Translations under genes and position numbers: made by a program
The notes under the pieces: model-generated
What the model saw: the letters and a program-made list of their open reading frames with translations, nothing else
Databases searched by the model: none
Told to the model about the DNA's origin: nothing
DNA from: Amoebidium appalachense
Taxonomy: Eukaryota > Protista > Ichthyosporea
Direction: 5' to 3'
Assembly (NCBI GenBank): GCA_963693365.1
Contig: CAVNZM010000010.1
Location: 806,001 to 870,000 of the forward strand
DNA: 64,000 bases
In this document: in pieces, positions 61,149 to 64,000 of the stretch
Layout: the number at the start of each line of letters is the position of its first letter
Numbering within the stretch: the stretch's first letter is position 1

Positions 61149-61227
61149 TGTCCTATTTATGCAAACCTCCTATTGGTTCACTTCGTTTATCAGGTATGCA
61201 GCGGAAGAGCCATATATGGTTCACTTC

Positions 61228-62480
61228 TGTGACGTAGATATACATCGAGTCACCCCAGACACGGAAGCCCCCCAGATCAATAAACATCACGATGTAAATG
61301 GGGCATCCGGGACCTGGCGTCCTCAGTCTTTTCCTTGTCCAAAACATATTTCTTGTCATCCGTCACCCATCCGACTTTCATCCGTGTTCAAATTCATGTT
61401 CCAATCACATTTCGATGTCGCATGGTAGCAGAAAAGGAAGGTCTCCCTCGGGGGTAACCAGGTAAACACGCTTCCACACGCGCGCTCTGCTAGCATGCTA
61501 CGATATCTCATTTTTACGGACGGATGGTCACAGCAGTCCACGGATAACTACGGATACACGAGGATGCATTTGCTTACTTATTCGGACGTCGCCCCGCAAT
61601 GAGGCCTTTTTTTTGCAACAGCCATATCATTTTTTATATTGTAGCACACACAACCCGGTTTTCGCACCAGCCCATTTCTCAGGAGCGCATCATCTTTTCC
61701 CATTTTCCACACACGACCACACAGTGATCGGCAAGTTTTGGTCCTGATACTTTGTGCGTATAAGCAAAGCACGAGAAACGCCACCCCCGTGTGCTGCTAA
61801 TCCCGCACAATGGGTGCCGGCCAGACACTAAGCCCAGCACACGTTTGCCGGAGGGTGTGAGTCTCGGACTTTGCTTATGCCCACACTGTGGTTAAGATCA
61901 GTACCTGACGATCACTAGAGTCGTGTGTTTTCCTTCAGTCTGAACAGCCGTCGTTTGCGCAAACTACGTGTATATACCCAATCACGATATATTTCAACAT
62001 GTACATCCAGGAAGATCTATGTCTGCTTCTCGCTCTTGCTCGCCTCTGCTTACATGTTTTGCTTTATGTTTTGTACCCACGTGAGGTCATCCTCAGAGGC
62101 ACTGCAGCCCGCCCACGTGTGGTTAGGGAGGTTTGCCTGTCCCTGACATATACACTGTGACCCCCCCCCCTACCCCTAGTATGCATCCACATGCTTTTAT
62201 GTTTGCACCCACGTACTAGCCTTATCCATGTGTGAGGACACACACTATCCTTCTCTTGTGCGCTTAACATGTGACGTAGATATACGTCGAGTCACCCCAG
62301 ACACGGAAGCCCCCCAGATCAATAAACATCACGATGTAAATGGGGCTTCCGGGACCTGGCGTCCTCAGTCTTTTCCTTGTCCAAAACATATTTCTTGTCA
62401 ACGAAAGCTGTGACCATCCGTCCCCCATCCGACTTTCATCCGTGTTCAAATTCATGTTCCCATCACATTTCGATGTCGCA
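61228..62480 (+). mobile_element. TRIM-like non-autonomous LTR element (195/211-bp LTRs, iMet-type PBS, 4-bp TSD CTTC)
   Basis: LTRs TGTGACGTAG...GATGTCGCA at 61228-61422 and 62270-62480; TGGTAGCAGA directly after the 5' LTR (complement of the initiator tRNA-Met 3' end); CTTC on both flanks; no coding capacity. Confidence 0.87.
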
Positions 62481-62735
62481 CTTCTTAGGTCAGAGTGATT
62501 CCGATTGGTGCAGACATAATATTTATGTGACATTCATGGCAAAGCACGAATCGTATGCTAGTAGATCACATTCTTTAGTAAACATGTACAGTTCATGTGT
62601 ACAGTTGTTTACAGTATCGCACTGAAAAGGTGTTTGGTCCCTGCCTTCTTTGTTGCCAACACTTTGGAGCAATGAGTTGTTCATAATGAGCTTTAGCTTT
62701 TGCTTCAGTTTTTTTGCGCCTTACCCCCCTCTCTC

Positions 62736-62801
<66 letters not shown>

Positions 62802-64000
62802 TGGATCTCAACCAAAGCATGGGCCCATGGATAAACCAATTCCGACACTGTAAACGTCCATGTACCAAGGCAATGCCTTATACACATAACTTCCCCTCTC
62901 GCGTGCCCATGTGGAAGCGGGGCCCCCAGGGGCCCCGCGTTGCCTTTCCTCCCCCCCCCCCCCCCCTCCCCCCCCCCCCTTCCCGGCCCCCCCCCTCCCC
63001 CCCCCCCCCCCCCCCCCCGCGTCCCCCGGTAACGCAAGTGCCCATGTGAGAGCTGGGCCCCCCCGGGCCCCGCGTTGCTTTACAAAATCCCCCCTCCCCC
63101 TCCCCCTCCCCAACCGGGCTCCCTCCCTCCGGGCCCCTCCCCCCTCCCCCCTCCCCGCCCCCCCAAACCTACCCCCCGCGTGCTCCCCCCGCGGCCGGGG
63201 GAGGCCTCTCTTTTCCCCACTGCAGCTGCATTATCCGTTGCTAAAAATCAAGCCTTTCAAACATTTTATTCGCGGTGACAACTCTTGGCATTTCCCCTCA
63301 AATGTGCCCAGGTGGAAGTGGGGCCCCCCCGGGGCCCCGCGTTGCCCTGAATACGTAAAATCTAGTAGTACATAGACTCCCGCGGCGGGCTTTCTCCGGA
63401 CTCCAGGAGTCTCCTGGTGAACTTGGAGGGTGAAAGTCATTGAGGCACAATTTAGAGAGCATAATTGCAATAGTTCAATCGTGTTGTATACATCATGCCA
63501 TATCAGAAAAACACAGTGATAGTAAACATTATTACAGCTACTACCATAATATAGTGCAGGTATGTCATGATGATCATTCGAGTTGACGACCCTGGAAATT
63601 CTTGCTCAGGCATACTGGGTCCTGCATATCAAGGTGTAATTATTACTGTGCAGGCCCTGGGGGCCTGGGGCTCGTGCTCAGGCACGTGCTCGCGAACATG
63701 TGATTGTCTGCGTAGGACGTCGACGTAGGCCTACGTGCCACTTCGTACGCAAAGGCCTGACCACGCACAGTTTGGCTGTAGCGTGACTAAATTTTTGTTT
63801 TGTTTCGGTTGTTGCCTGCAGCAGCTCAAAAGACTTGCAGAAATGTCTCAACTAAATACTTATCTAGTGCACTAATCGAACATTTCTACTACGGCATGTG
63901 CTGTTATGGCAGCTTCGAGGCCTCCTACAGCCTGGATCGATGGCTTTGCCAAGACCTACCTATTTATCCGTAACCACAAAATTTTTAAACCCGATATTAT

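Larger units (their letters stand above)
59304..62613 (-). mobile_element. Solo LTR (~480 bp after removing nested inserts) with 5-bp TSD GTATC
   Basis: GTATC|TGTAAACAG...TTGTTTACA|GTATC; minus-strand TATA (CTATATAAG) at ~59460. Confidence 0.8.
55469..63349. mobile_element. Foldback (fully palindromic) element, ~2.2-kb arms centred at ~57660, with nested LTR insertions
   Basis: 55469-56090 pairs with 62614-63325; 56090-57655 pairs with 57665-59295; right terminus ...GGGGCCCCGCGTTGCCCTG (CAGGG on minus); a subterminal GCAACG.GGGGCCCC motif is repeated in both arms. Confidence 0.88.

Overview
Repeat-rich eukaryotic genomic DNA with spliceosomal GT-AG introns, abundant poly-C/poly-G homopolymers and (CA)n microsatellites; most of the supplied ORF track is translation of these repeats. 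Three host genes can be reconstructed by hand with consistent exon phases: the last 17 exons of ER glucosidase I (MOGS/GCS1, GH63; 785-16752, +), a 4-exon orphan two-TM protein gene (19115-23342, +) and a 3-exon secreted EEP-family phosphodiesterase gene (43342-46179, -). The rest is a stack of nested mobile elements. The most notable is an 11.65-kb TIR-bounded DNA transposon (27356-39008) carrying a deleted THAP + DDE_Tnp_4-like (ISL2EU/PHIS-type) transposase convergent with an intronless EXO1/XPG-family nuclease, where known ISL2EU elements carry YqaJ; an 8.6-kb nested insertion hides the link. Also notable: an apparent microsatellite-based splicing code (poly-C after weak donors, (CA)n in place of the polypyrimidine tract), a TATA-preceded nested hairpin locus (26040-26841) and a ~4.5-kb fully palindromic foldback element hit by four LTR insertions. 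Family assignments rest on motif recognition, not database searches.
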